Assembly (NCBI RefSeq): GCF_001194135.2
Contig: NC_068991.1
Location: 35,360,658 to 35,424,657, forward strand
DNA length: 64,000 nucleotides
Source: Octopus bimaculoides
Lineage: Eukaryota
Direction of reading: 5' to 3'
The notes beneath the pieces are model-generated. The model saw only the letters and a list, made by a program, of their open reading frames with translations, ran no database searches and was not told the DNA's origin. Numbering within the stretch: position 1 is the stretch's first letter; every line of letters starts with the position of its first letter. The position numbers and the translations under genes are program-made. Positions 24,801 to 38,230 of the stretch are shown in pieces.

Positions 24801-27800
24801 CATACAGTCTGCCTTTTACTCTGAGTGAGAGTCCCTTTGTCGCCAGCAGGGGTAAGCATTGATGTTGTTATATTTGCTAATATATCATTTATATGAACTT
24901 AGAGTATAGAAATAAAAGATAGATCACTCAGTAATCAACAGTAATATTTATTGATCATCATCATCATCATCGTTTAACATCTGCTTTCCATGCTAGCATG
25001 GGTTGGACGATTTGACTGAGGATTGGTGAGCCTGGTGCAGCCATCTGGTTTGCCAGTCCTCAGTCAAATCGTCCAATCCATGCTAGCACGGAAAGCGGAC
25101 GTTAAATGATGATGATTTGCATAATATACCTCACACGGGAAACTCAGAATATAGCAACATATTATTAATATTTCAGAATTTACTCCATTCTTAAGGAATC
25201 CAAAAATGGAAACCTACTCAAACGGACACTACTTCCTGCAACTGGTAATTATTTTTATTTTTTACTTCAGTATTGGGACAAATGTTGTTGTAAAATTTTT
25301 TGTTCTAACATTGTTTCCTAAATTTCTGCATGATAGAATGCCTTTTCAGCAGTCTGTGGTGGTTCCTGACCTGATCAGTACTAGATAGTGTTCCATTTGA
25401 AATATTAACAATACCTGTATCTTTCCTTTGTATCAACTCTTATAATATTTTGTCTGAATTACACTCATGGCACATGATGTGAATAAAGAATGGTTGTGAA
25501 GTTAAGGGTGCAAGATTACTACCTACATAATTTGTAGGCCTCACACATTTAATATCAAGACATGATTTAGCACCATCACTTTGTCTTTAGGTACCTTTAG
25601 TAGACCTCACTCTGTTGTGAGTGTTTGGACCAGATCTCTGGTTTTGTACTGTTTTCCTTGCAGGTGTTCAAGCTGGACATTATGACATCAGTCTCACATA
25701 TCTGAGTCTGAGAAGACCTTCAAGGATTACAAGCACCCCTTACCTTATGAACTTAAAAAAAAAATCTCCAAGACATCATTGTTTGCTGAATCATTTCTAC
25801 TGTAACTACTGGGTTGTGCTCATGATAAAAGTCACATGTATTGGTTTATCATTAAATGATTAAGTAAAGATTCACTCTTTGCTATGATTGAATAGATAAT
25901 AGTAAAAGGAACATTCTACAGTAAAATGAATTCTTCAATGATATACAAATGTTCAAATTGGCTAAAGTCAACTCATCTATGCTAGCATATAATTAAATTT
26001 AATTTTACCTTAAAAGGACCATAGTGCAAGGTATTTATAATGAGTTACAAAACAGTCCAAACACAAATGTATGTGTTGTCATAGAAAATTGAGCTAATGT
26101 TTAGTCATAAGAAATCATTAATATTTTCAAGCTTAAATAAGTATTTTTTATTTATGTGTGTTTCTTTTTTCTTAACAGATTTTGGCCCTGCTCTTATAGA
26201 GCATTGTCTTCTAAGTGCAGGATTTAGTGATGGTGTCAAAATTAATGATGGCTTCCACATAGATACAGGTGGGTTTATCAGTTTATATATAGTTATGTGT
26301 ATGTGTGTAACCACACCAATGTCTTGTTTTGTGCTACCTCTGTGGACAAAACCTTGTTATACTGGAGTTTAATTTTAGTTTCAAATTTTGGCACAAGGCC
26401 AACAATTTTGGGGGAGGAGCTAAGTCAGTTACATCGATCCCAGTGCTCAACTGGTACTTATTTTATTGACTCTGAAAGGAATGAAAGGCAAAATCGACCC
26501 CCAGCAGAATTTGAACTTAGAACATAAAGATGGATGAAATGCCATTACACATTTTCCCCTTCATGCTAACGATTCTGCCAGCTTGTTGCCTTGTTTAATT
26601 TTGCAGCAATTTAACAATCAGAAATTACTAAAATCTCCCATTCTCATTGCATGACCAGCCCTAGAACTTTCTGCTTAAATATAAACTTCCTTATAAAGAA
26701 CCATCTTGTTACATGCACAAAAGCAAGCAATCAGCCAGTCACTATGATCTGCTTTTGTGTTTTAGTGTGTTTGCTCATGCTACATCACATTGTGTTACTA
26801 TTTGTAATTTCTTAAAGTACAGCAGTTAAAATAAAAAAAAATGAATGAAGTAACTTTTATTTCATGTCATTAACCCTTTAGCATTCTGATTATTTGTCAA
26901 ATGTAATGCATATTTGCACATTATTTTGAATTAATCATGCATTATTTTGTGGCTTAGAGATTTCAATGATGTTGTATATTTTTAGAATTACATTGTAGGG
27001 GAAGTATGAGATGCCTAATCTGGCCAGTTTGAACATAAAACTGTTAGAATATTTGGGTCAGATATAGCCAGTCCAACCCATGCTAGACTGTCAAATGGCA
27101 CTTTTGTGTCTGCAGTTGGTCTTGAACCAGTAACAACCCTCAGGAACACTTTCAGGCCAAGGACTTCAGGAAGTTATACATAGTAGTCCTCAGCCTGACA
27201 GTGCTTTGGGACAGATTAGCCAGCTCATTTTCATTGACACCCAGCGTCTTCTTGACAATGGCATCATTCTTCCTACCTAACTGTCATGCCTTACTCCAAT
27301 TATTATCCGATCAGACTGGAGTCTCAGCTCTTCAGCTGGCTTCTTGTGGAAGGTCCAGCTACTGCCAGTACCTTCTGGCTGTCTGGAGTATCATCATGCA
27401 CTCAACACTCTTAACTAGTTGAAAATAAGATTGATTGGAGTTCTATCCCAGCAATTTATGAAATAGTAACAGAGGAAGAAGAATGATGCCATTGTCAGGA
27501 AGACTCTGGATGTCAATGAAAATGAACTGGCTAATCTGTCCCAAAGCACTGTCAGGCTGAGGACTACTATGTATAACTTCCTGAAGTCCTTGGCCTGAAA
27601 GTGTTCCTGAGGGTTGTTACTGGTTCAAGACCAACTGCACAGACACAAAAGTGCCATTTGACAGTCTATTCAAGATGCAAGCAGAGTGACAAAGCCATCT
27701 ACCTGCACTCTTTTAGTATTCAGCCATGAGCATCAACATTCATCATTCATATGCATCCAAACCAATGGAGTCTTCTCTCTTGCATGCTGCATTTGATTCC

Positions 27801-30800
27801 TCTTATGCCCAACATTTCTCTCAATACATTTGCACTTTGTTGTACATACGCACGCACTGATGTTGCACATCCAGTGGTGCATACTGCCTTCATTTCTCTC
27901 CAGTCTACACGTGTCTTCCACATTCAGAGCCCATGTCTCACTATCATGGAGGATAGCTGTTCACAAACAAGCATCATACAATCTACCTTTCACTCTGAGA
28001 GAGAGAGTCCTTTTGTTGCCAACAGAGATAATAGCTCTCTGAACTTCCTCCATCCTATTCTTATTCTAGAAAGAATACTTTCAGAGCATCCTCTACCATT
28101 GCTAATTTGGTCACCTATGTAACTGAAACTATCTACAAGAGTACCTCCTGGACATTTGAGAGAGTCTAAGTGTGCTCTTCGTGCTTATTGTTCCTGCACA
28201 TCTTCCACATACAAAGACAACTTTATCTGTTAATCTACTTGTGATTCCACTGCATCTCTTATGTGTCCATAGCTTACACTGGATGCAGTGAATGGAATTC
28301 CAACTCCTTTCCTACATATTGAGCAGGGCCATTTACCTGACGGGAAGAGAGTCTTATCTTCTTTCTTGCTAACAACAACTTTGGTCTTTGCTAGATCAAC
28401 TTTAAGGCCGTTTGATTTCCAGGTTTTGCTTCTATACCTGGAATTTCTTCTCCAATTCTGTTACTGATTCTGCAATAAGAGCAAGGTCATCAACATAAAG
28501 TTGTTTCCACAAGCATCCAGTTTTGAATTCCTCTGTTATGGCTTGGAAAACTATAATGAATGAGTGGGCTGAGAACTGAACCTTATTGAACTCCTACTTG
28601 TATGGTAAATTCATCACTGTATTTGTGGCTGACTCTCACCTTACTGACAACTCTACTGTACATGGCTTGTATAGCTCTAACAAGCCACTCCTCTACTTAG
28701 AGACCACCAGATAACTGAGTGGGTGATTCTGTTGAAAGTTTTCTTCAGATTGATGAAAGCTAAGTACAATGGCTTACTTTTGGCCAAATACTTTTCCTGC
28801 AGTTGTCTCACTAACAAGATAGCATCTGTGGTACTTCTCCCAGGTCAAAAACCAAACTGCATCTCATCTAGTTTAATTCTATTTCCTAATCAATTGAGCT
28901 ATAACCTTCTTAGTAACTTTCATGATCTGGTCTAACAGTCTCTTACTTCTGTAGTTGTTTCTATCTAAGGTATCACTTTTACCCTTGTAGCAGCTAACTA
29001 TAATACTACTACACCAGTCATTGGGGATAGTGCCTCCCTGAATAACCTGATTAACTATATGGGTGACTAGGCTGTATCCTACACCATCGGATATTTTAAT
29101 CATCTCAGCAGTGATTCCTGATGGCCCAGGAGCTTTCCCTGACTTCATATCCTTAATTGTCTTATCTATTATGCTGCTATCAACTCTGATGGCTGGTCCC
29201 TCAATTGGTTTGATATTTGAAAGACTCTCCTTCTCCTATTCATTTTCCACATTTGGTAACCTTTAATAGTGGCACTTCCACGAATCTTTTTTGTCTGAGT
29301 CACTAAGTGTATCATCATCATTTTTCATTAAACTTGTATATTTCCTGTTTTTTTTTACCTCATTCAATTTTCTATGTAAACTTTATAATATTAGTCTTTG
29401 TAATTTTCTTCCCCATATGTCACCCTGGTGACAAATACCAAGAATTGGTAGAATTGTTATGGCATTGGAAAAAGTACTTTATGATATTTGTTCCAGTTCT
29501 GAGTTCAAATCTCTCTGAGGTCAGCTTTGTCCTTCATCCCTCCAGGATTGATAAAATAAAGTATTGATTAATTACTAGGGTTGATGCATTGACTAACCCC
29601 ATCTCCTCAAAATAGCTGACTTTGTGACAAAATCAGAAATAGTTTTAGAGCAATGAATTACCAGAATTGTTAGAGCATTGCAGTATTTGTTCTGACTCCT
29701 TATGTTTTGATTTCAAATCTTACCAAAGTCAACTTTGCCTTTCATTCATTTAAGGTTGATATAAATATCAGTCAAAAACTGGGGTTTGATGGTAATGAGT
29801 AATCCTTTTCCTGCAAAGTTGCTGGCCTTGTGCCTAAATTAGAAACCATTTTTATGTTCAAATATTTTGTACACTGTGTGAATGATGATGATGATGATGA
29901 TGTCCACTTTTTATCCCATCTTTCCTCCTCTATTCCCTTTCTTCTCATTATAAACTGCCATTGTAATTTCATCGGATGAAATGCTTTGCAGTATTTGTTT
30001 TGACTCTTCCCATTCTGAGTTCATATCCTGCCAAGGTCAACTTTACTTTTTATCCTTTTGGACTGGGTTAGGGGAAGGGAGCTGATAAAATAAAGTAGCA
30101 GTCTAGTACTGCTAACAATGGTATTGACTGAACCTCTCTCCTCAAAATTGCTACCTTTGTGCTTAAATCAAAAACCATTATTATTGTTAATGTTGTAACT
30201 GAGGGTGTGATGCTGAATTCTTAAGGACTGTGTCCTCTTCCTGCTAGGGTATATATTTTACTTTCTAACCTTTGAAAATTGATAAAATTGTACTAGTAAA
30301 GTACTTGTCTCAATGTGAAAAATTTTTTCTACTCTAGGCACAAGGCCTGAAATTTTTGGAGAGGGGGGGGGCCCAGTCAATTAGATTGACTTCAGTACAC
30401 AATTGGTACTTAATTTATCAACCCTGAAAGGATGAAAGGCAAAGTCGACCCCAGCAGAATTTGAACTCAACGTTTCTACCAGTTTGCCGCCTTCTCAGTG
30501 TGAAAAATCATCATTATTATTGTTACTACGATAATGATATTATTTCAATACATCCCTTCCAATTAAGTAACTGCTTGTTAATATGAGTTGATTTTTTTCC
30601 CCTACTTTTTAGATTTTGACAAATTGATGAATGCTTTAGAAAAAGCTGCTGAACTGTTTCAAAATCTCTCAACACAGAAGACTAAGGTTTGCATTAACCA
30701 AACTTTCAGACCTTAAATTTTATTTTTCTTCAATCTGACTTTTATAAGCTTTATATCTTAATTATCATCATATTAGTGATATAATGAAAACCACAAATGA

Positions 30801-32718
30801 CTGAGTATTGTATCTGTGGCCAATGCACTTCCCTTTCAGATGGCTCTGACTACTTGTGTCAATATAGGCACTATGGACTGTACAGCTTTGCTCTAAGCAT
30901 TGCAGCACTGTATAATTGATGAGCTTTTTATAGGCTTACACTACTTAGCTGAAATCCTCTTGGAATGATGCAGGTTTTATTTGATTCATTTTATATGGTC
31001 AATAATGATGAAGTCGTTAAGTGGTACCTTTTTCAATCAGTGGAATATATAGTAGAATCTAAACTATCATTCAGAGAAATTATTGATTTTATTTTTAAAG
31101 TTAGTATGGAGATTGTGTGAAGATGTGTGGGCTAGTGGTGAGGGTGTTGGGTTGTGGATTTGATTTTTAGACTTATGGTGAACAGTGTCCTTGAGCAAGG
31201 CACTTCATTTCACATTGCTCCAGTTCACTCAGCTGAAAATGAGTATCAGTGGTAGTTGGGAAGTTAACTCTGCAGTTGTCTGGTACCTTGTTCAGGAGGG
31301 AGTCTTGTATCTTGGTCACCTAAATACTTTGAAGACTTGGAAAAGCTCTTCTCATGAGCCTGGAGACTTCTATGGCAATATTATGTTATTGAATAAGTTA
31401 TGGGATTTACATAGAGTTTCTTAAATTTATAGCCAAACAGATTTTGGAGATAGCTTTTTGTACAAAAAATTGTTCCAAATAAGAAAAAAAAAACCAAACA
31501 AACAAAAAACAAACTCTCTTCCTAAATAGTTGTTGGATATTGTAATTCAAGATGAAATTTCCATTTGAAATATTTCTTTTTACCTTCACTGCTTATCTGT
31601 CATTTGTTACTTGTCACATATATTTGAACTTTATTGTTTATATCTTATCAATTCTTGCTTGTGTTATAGCTCTTGTGTGTTTCAAGTCTCTGTCACTTGT
31701 GTGATATCTCCATTAATTGTGACTTCTCTCTGTCACTTCTTATTTCAGGGATATATAATACAGAAGCGAGACATGAGACCTGCAACTAAAGGAGAGGAGA
31801 CAAAAGAGCTTTTAATGTAAGTTACCCTTTGTGAATAAATAACCTGTGGTATTGTATCTGAATACTCTGTATTGTTCACTGTATGACACTTTACTATAGT
31901 CCTTGTGAGTGGATTTGACAGATGGTAACAGAAAGAAGCCTATTGTGTCTATGTCATGCACTTTGCTTGTCTTGCCCTGCCACTCCTTCAGCCCAAAGCC
32001 ACTCTGTCATCTCACTCTCCTGTCCTCCCCCACCAACTGTATCATTTCTATTCTGTTGCTCCCCAATATACTGGTGTTTCACCACTCACTTGCATTCCTC
32101 TTTCCTTCCCCTCTTCCCCTTTGCACTCTCACAAACTCTGCTCATGCAATTTTCTACCACTCCATTTACATTCACCTTATACCACGAGGGTATTCCCTGA
32201 CATATTGCCACCATCTCTCTCTCTCTCATCACCTGGTACAAAGCAACCTCACTCAATACTGCTCCTCCTCTTACTTGAGGGATCTTTGTCTTGCAGGTTA
32301 CTTGGTGACCTTGCTGGTGCTGGTAAAAAGCACCCACTACACTCTGTAAAGTGGTTGGTATTGGGAAGGGCATCCAGCCATACATAGAGACCATGCCAAA
32401 GCAGACAGTAGAACTTGGCACAGTCCTATGGCTTGCCAGCGTTTGTCAAACTGTCCAACCCATGCCAGCATGGAAAATGGATATTAAATGATGATGACAT
32501 ATGATATGATATGATATGATATGATATGATATGATATATATATATATAAAATAAGTGCAGGTGTGGCTGTGTGGTAAGAAGTTTGCATCCCAATCACATG
32601 ATCTCAAGTTCAGCCTCACTGCGTGACACCTTGGGCAAATGTCTTCAACTATAGTCTCAGGTTGACCAAGCCTTATGAGTGGATTTTGTAGATGGAAGCT
32701 GAAAAAAAAATCATGTTG

Positions 32719-32759
<41 letters not shown>

Positions 32760-35700
32760 CTGCCTCTTCCCACCACTACTTGACAACTGTTGTTGGTGTG
32801 TTTATGTCCCCATAACTTAGTAGGTTGGCAAAAGTGACTGATAGAATAAGTACCAGGTATAAAAAGAAATAAGTATTGGGGCTGATTAGGTTGACTGAAA
32901 TTCTTCTAGGTGGTACCCCAGCATGGCCACAGTCTAATGACAAACAAATAAAAGACAATGTGTGTGTGTGTGTGTGTGTATGTATGTGTATATGCATGTA
33001 GTGTGTATGTATGTATGTATGTGTGTGTATGTAAATGTGTATGTGTATATATGTGTATGTTTTTTTTACTTCTTTGTTTTGACATTGCATAATATTTGTA
33101 AATGAGTGCCACTGTCATACAAGCAGTATCATTAATTCCAATATTTTGTGAAAACATGTTTAGTCTTGAGCAAATATTACTTTGCTTGGAAACAGGTGAA
33201 AATTGGTGACAGGAAGGGCATCCAGTTGTAGAAAATCTGCCTGAATAAGCTTTGTGTGATTCATGCAAGCATGGAAAAGTGAATGTTAAAATGATGAAGA
33301 TGGGGATCAATGTTTGTCAGAATTGTATTCACATTGTTTTGAAAGAGTATGTGTTAGAACTGAAGGTGAGTTTTTAGATAATTCAAGGCTTTAATCAAGA
33401 ATATAAACATTGTTCATATCCTAGAAAAAGTATGAACTTCCACCACTTTCTATATTTAAAAATAAGACATCATCTCTTCTTAGATTAAGCTATATTTGAT
33501 GTCAATGTCACTTTGCCATTCAGCCACCTATGTATATGATTCTAGGTGTGTGTGTGTGCGCACGCACACACACACACACACACACATGAATATATGCATT
33601 ATATAAACTTCATACATAGGAAACACATACCCTCATGCTGAGCTCCCTCAATACACAAATGTAGGAGCATTATACATACTTAGCACATTACATAATATAA
33701 ACAAACTTATCATTCAGCAACACAAAACCTTGCGAGTTTGACATTGAAATAAGCATAAGAATATGTAATACACATGAAATAAACATGTAAAACATATGTG
33801 CAAGATATGTAAAATCCCACAAATTATGCGTATATATAAAAAAATGTATTGAACACATGAAACAAATCATGTGCACAGGTCCAAAATATACACATGGAAA
33901 TTTTGTGGCATTTATGTATATACACATGTGTATATACACGTGTGTGTGTGTCTGTGTATATATGTGCAAGCATGTGTGTGTATCTACAGTAACGTGTGTG
34001 TGTGTTCTGTGTGTAAGTATGCGTGTACATATATGTGGATGCACAGAAAACCACATAATACAAAGACTGAAACAAAAAAATATGTACACTAATCCACAAA
34101 TATGTACACAAAATGCACATGAACTAATAACATGAAATTACAAAAGCTGCAAAATTTTGACGTCAAAACTCAAAGTAAACTCTTGGCAGCCAGGTGCACA
34201 TACAAATTAATATAAGCTTTTATGTGCAAAAGTTTAAGATAAAAATACAAGTATTTATATGCTAAAACATTGACACTTCATTTTCTCCAAAAGTCAAATC
34301 TAAGGAGGATAATTGTCCAAGAGTTGTTTTCCAAGAGTCGTTTCCCTTTATTTCTTGTGTTTGCTTACCAAACATTCCTGAAAGACTTAATGTGACTTTA
34401 ATCCAAAATGGAGATGAACAGCAATTTTTCTATGTGATTAGTTTGAAAAATTGAGGTTTTTGTTAACATGAAACCAATGGTAGCTTTGATACATAGCTAA
34501 AGAATCTGTAGCTACCAATGCAGTCATTCTCATTGTTCAACGACTCTTATTTCTAGCAATACTGGTGCTCCTTGCACCCTTGATTACTTTTAGTGACGGT
34601 GAATTATTTCCTGTTTTGGTTTTAAATTGCGTCTAGCCACTTAATTTATATATATATATATAAAATCATCTCATCATCATCCACTTTTCCATACTTGCAT
34701 GTGTTGGGCAGAATTTTGTTGAGGGGAACAGTCAATGGCATTTGAGAACATGAAAATTGAAGTTGTAGTTGAGAAAAAGTTACCAGTATCATGATAATTT
34801 GCACTGGGTATCAAAACACTGACATGATGACAGCTGCTCAATGTGTGTGAAATTTGTAAAGGCTGTAAGACATCACATGGACAGCTACAATGAAGACTCC
34901 AAAGCTGTAACCAGCAGGAAGGAACACAACAGACATTCTGACTGTGCCTGCACGCTAGTATTCATGTGACTACTTCTGGATAAAGTGATGGAAGATCTGA
35001 GCAAGGGGACCTGGGCTTTGGTGAAAGAGATGAGTGTTGGAGTCACCACCTGAATGAAGATCTTCATTACTACTTGTACAAGAGGTGTAAGGGAAAAATT
35101 CTGACAGTGAAGGCCAAGAAGCTCTTGAACAAGCTGAGGCCTCCTATTGAGCTGAGGATGATCTGGTTCTTCTCAGAAGAAAAGAACTTCTTCCTGGACT
35201 AGTTGCACAACATCCAGAACAACAGGTGGCTTGCCTATAATCCACATGATGTCCCATATATGAAAATCAAGTTCCCCCAGTCTGTGATGGTCTTTGGGTG
35301 TGTCTCCAATGAGGGTGACATCATGCTTCCTTGCTGTACTTTTGGAAAAAGTCAGAAATGGTTGTTGGAGAATTTTTACAACTTCACCAACCTCAAATTC
35401 TTAGTTGTAATTCATGGATTACAGTGTATGGAGTGTGGTTGAGAAATACCAGTTACTCTGCCTGCAGCACCAAGGCCAACCTGGTAGCCAAGATCAAGGT
35501 GTAAGGAATGTGTGTGCCAGGTTCTGGAGATGTCTTGAGGCTGTGGTAGGTACTCTGAGTAAACTGTTATCCCCCAGCCATAATCTAGTTGATATTTTTT
35601 GATTTTTTAAAAATACATTTATTTATGGATGTGATATGCAAACTGTTAAATTTAACTTGAACACCCTGTATCTATGCATCTTTCTCAGTTTATGTGTAGG

Positions 35701-38194
35701 CATATCATCACTGTTATCATTTTAATGTCCATTTTTCCATGCTTGCATGAGTCAGACAATCCTTTGAGGCAAATTTTCTACAACCAGATGCCCTTTCTGT
35801 TGCCAATTCTCACCAAGCAAGAAATGCCTCCTTTGCTGGGCATGTTTCAAAATAAGATTGGAAACAAATGGCATCACTTGTATGACATTGCTGTTCATTT
35901 ACAACTGTTGCATAATGTGAAAAAAGCATGCACGCACGCACACACGCGCACACACACACACACACATGAAATATGGTTAGACAAAATATTGGAAACACCT
36001 TCTTAAATGGAAGTATTATTACTTAATATGGAGTTGGTCCAACTTTGGCATCAATTACACTTTTGACATGTCGAGGAATTGACTTGTCCAGGTTCTGAGC
36101 AGATGTTTGGGGAATTTTGAGCCATTCTTCAAGTAAAACTTGCTTTAGCTATTTCAGCAGTGAGGGTGGAGCAAAGTGGCTCCTCACTTGCTGCTTGAAA
36201 ATGCACCATAAATATTCAATTATATTGATATCCAGTGATTGTGGTGGTGGTGGTGGGGTCAATCTATGTGGTTTACTTAAATTTTGTGCTCTTTGTACCA
36301 ATTTTGAATCACATTTGCCATGTGAATTGATACATTATTATCCTGGAAGGTTGTGCTATATGCAGGGAACAATGTTTGTACCATAGAATGAACATGATCA
36401 GCCAAAATACTCAGATTATCCTTGGTGTTAACTTTGCTACGTGGAACAACTAAAGGGCCAAGAGAATTTCATGGTATTGCTGCACAAATCATCAAAGAGC
36501 CACCTTCATGCTTTCAATTGGGGACCAAGCAGTCAAGGTTGTAGGCTTCTTTGGGCTGTTTCCAGACTCATTCTGAATTGAAAAGGCTGAATGATGATTC
36601 ATTAGAAATGACATCGTTTCATGAGCCATTGACCACTTCTGGTAGTCTAGACACAATTTTGTTTACTTATCAATGTTGATAGGAAAAAAGCAGAAGTTCA
36701 GAAATTGCAACCCTCCCATGGTATCCAGCTTTAGGGAGCTCATGATGAATGGTTTTAGTTGACACAAGATTGACAAGGTAGTGGTTTAGCTCTACCGTCA
36801 ATTTTGCTGCCATAGTTTTATTTAAATTTATGTCTCTATATAGTGAGTTTAAATTAATTTTACACCTTTTTATAGCAACATTATAATGGGAAATGCCATC
36901 AATACATGACAATACCTACCCTAAACATCTGTTTGATACTCTGTAGTTGAGATTGTTAAATGAAGCAATATCACAGGAAAATAATAGTAGCAGTAATAAA
37001 GATAATAATATTAAAGAAGTTTTAAAATGTAAAGAAAATGATACTGGTGATGAAAACAGTAGTAAAGTAAGGATGAAGGTAGTTGTGGGTATTTTTTCTT
37101 AATTCTCTTAATTCTCCTGTCTGTATTTAACTAACTGTAAAGCATTGGTATCAGATGCTCCAGGAATTTTACCCATGATAGATTTGTGTCATATTCAAGA
37201 GGGCTGTTCAGGGTTTTATGTCTTGTTTGCCATTTTTACATTAGTTTCACAATAATATATGGTTATCTAACAGTTTTAAATTTTTTGTATTCTTCAGATA
37301 TGATGAATTCCATCCATATCTTTTCTGTCAGTATGAAAAACGGCCTTTTTTAGAAATGGACAGTTTTGATAAGGTATTGAAATATTATACATATTAGCAT
37401 TAAAAATAACATGTATTCAATTGTTTTTAAATTTCTTTTTTGATGTAATTATATTTAACGTACATTTAAATGAAGCAAATAAAAGTTATATGTCTTAATA
37501 AAGATAAGGTTATAAAATATATTTTACAAAGCTGGATATATAATTTATGCAGGAAAATATATGTAATAACTATATAAAAGATTTAAGACCTGTTGGAACA
37601 TCTGTATGTCAATGAGCCAGTTCTCATAGCTAAATCTGTTGAAGAATTACAAAAATTACAACCATGAAAGCAAAACCTGGAATTGAGAGACCTCAAAGTA
37701 AACCTATTTAATATAAGTTTTTAAAATCATCATCGTATAATATCTACCTTCCTTACTGGCATGGGTTGGACGGTTTGACAGGAGCTGGCCAGGCAGAAGA
37801 CTGCACCAGACTTCTGTGTCTGTACTTTTTACAAAGCACCAGCACAGGTGAGGTCAGTTTTGGCATGTTTTTTACAACTGAATGCCCTTCCAAATGCCAA
37901 ACACTTTACAGTGTGGACTGGATGCTTTTTATGTGGCACCACCACTGACAGGGTTACCAAGTAACTTGCAAGACAAGGAATTTTTGAGAGGAGAGGGGCT
38001 ATTGGAGGATGTGTCAGAAGATTAAAGGTTAGAGGGAGACAAGGAGACAGAAACAGGTGTCTAGATGTAGAGGAGGTACAAGAACTTTTGAGGGGAGGGG
38101 ACATTAGAAGCAGTGATTTTGTGTTAGATTGTGACAGAGAGAGACAGAAAAACAGAAACAGGTGACTTGCTGTAGAGGAGGTACATGGTTACTT

Positions 38195-38230
<36 letters not shown>

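Noticed and set aside
33688-34135. His/Thr/Cys/Val-rich ORFs (also 42791-43200, 51681-52050, 58163-58655)
   Set aside because: Translations of CA/TG/TA microsatellites.
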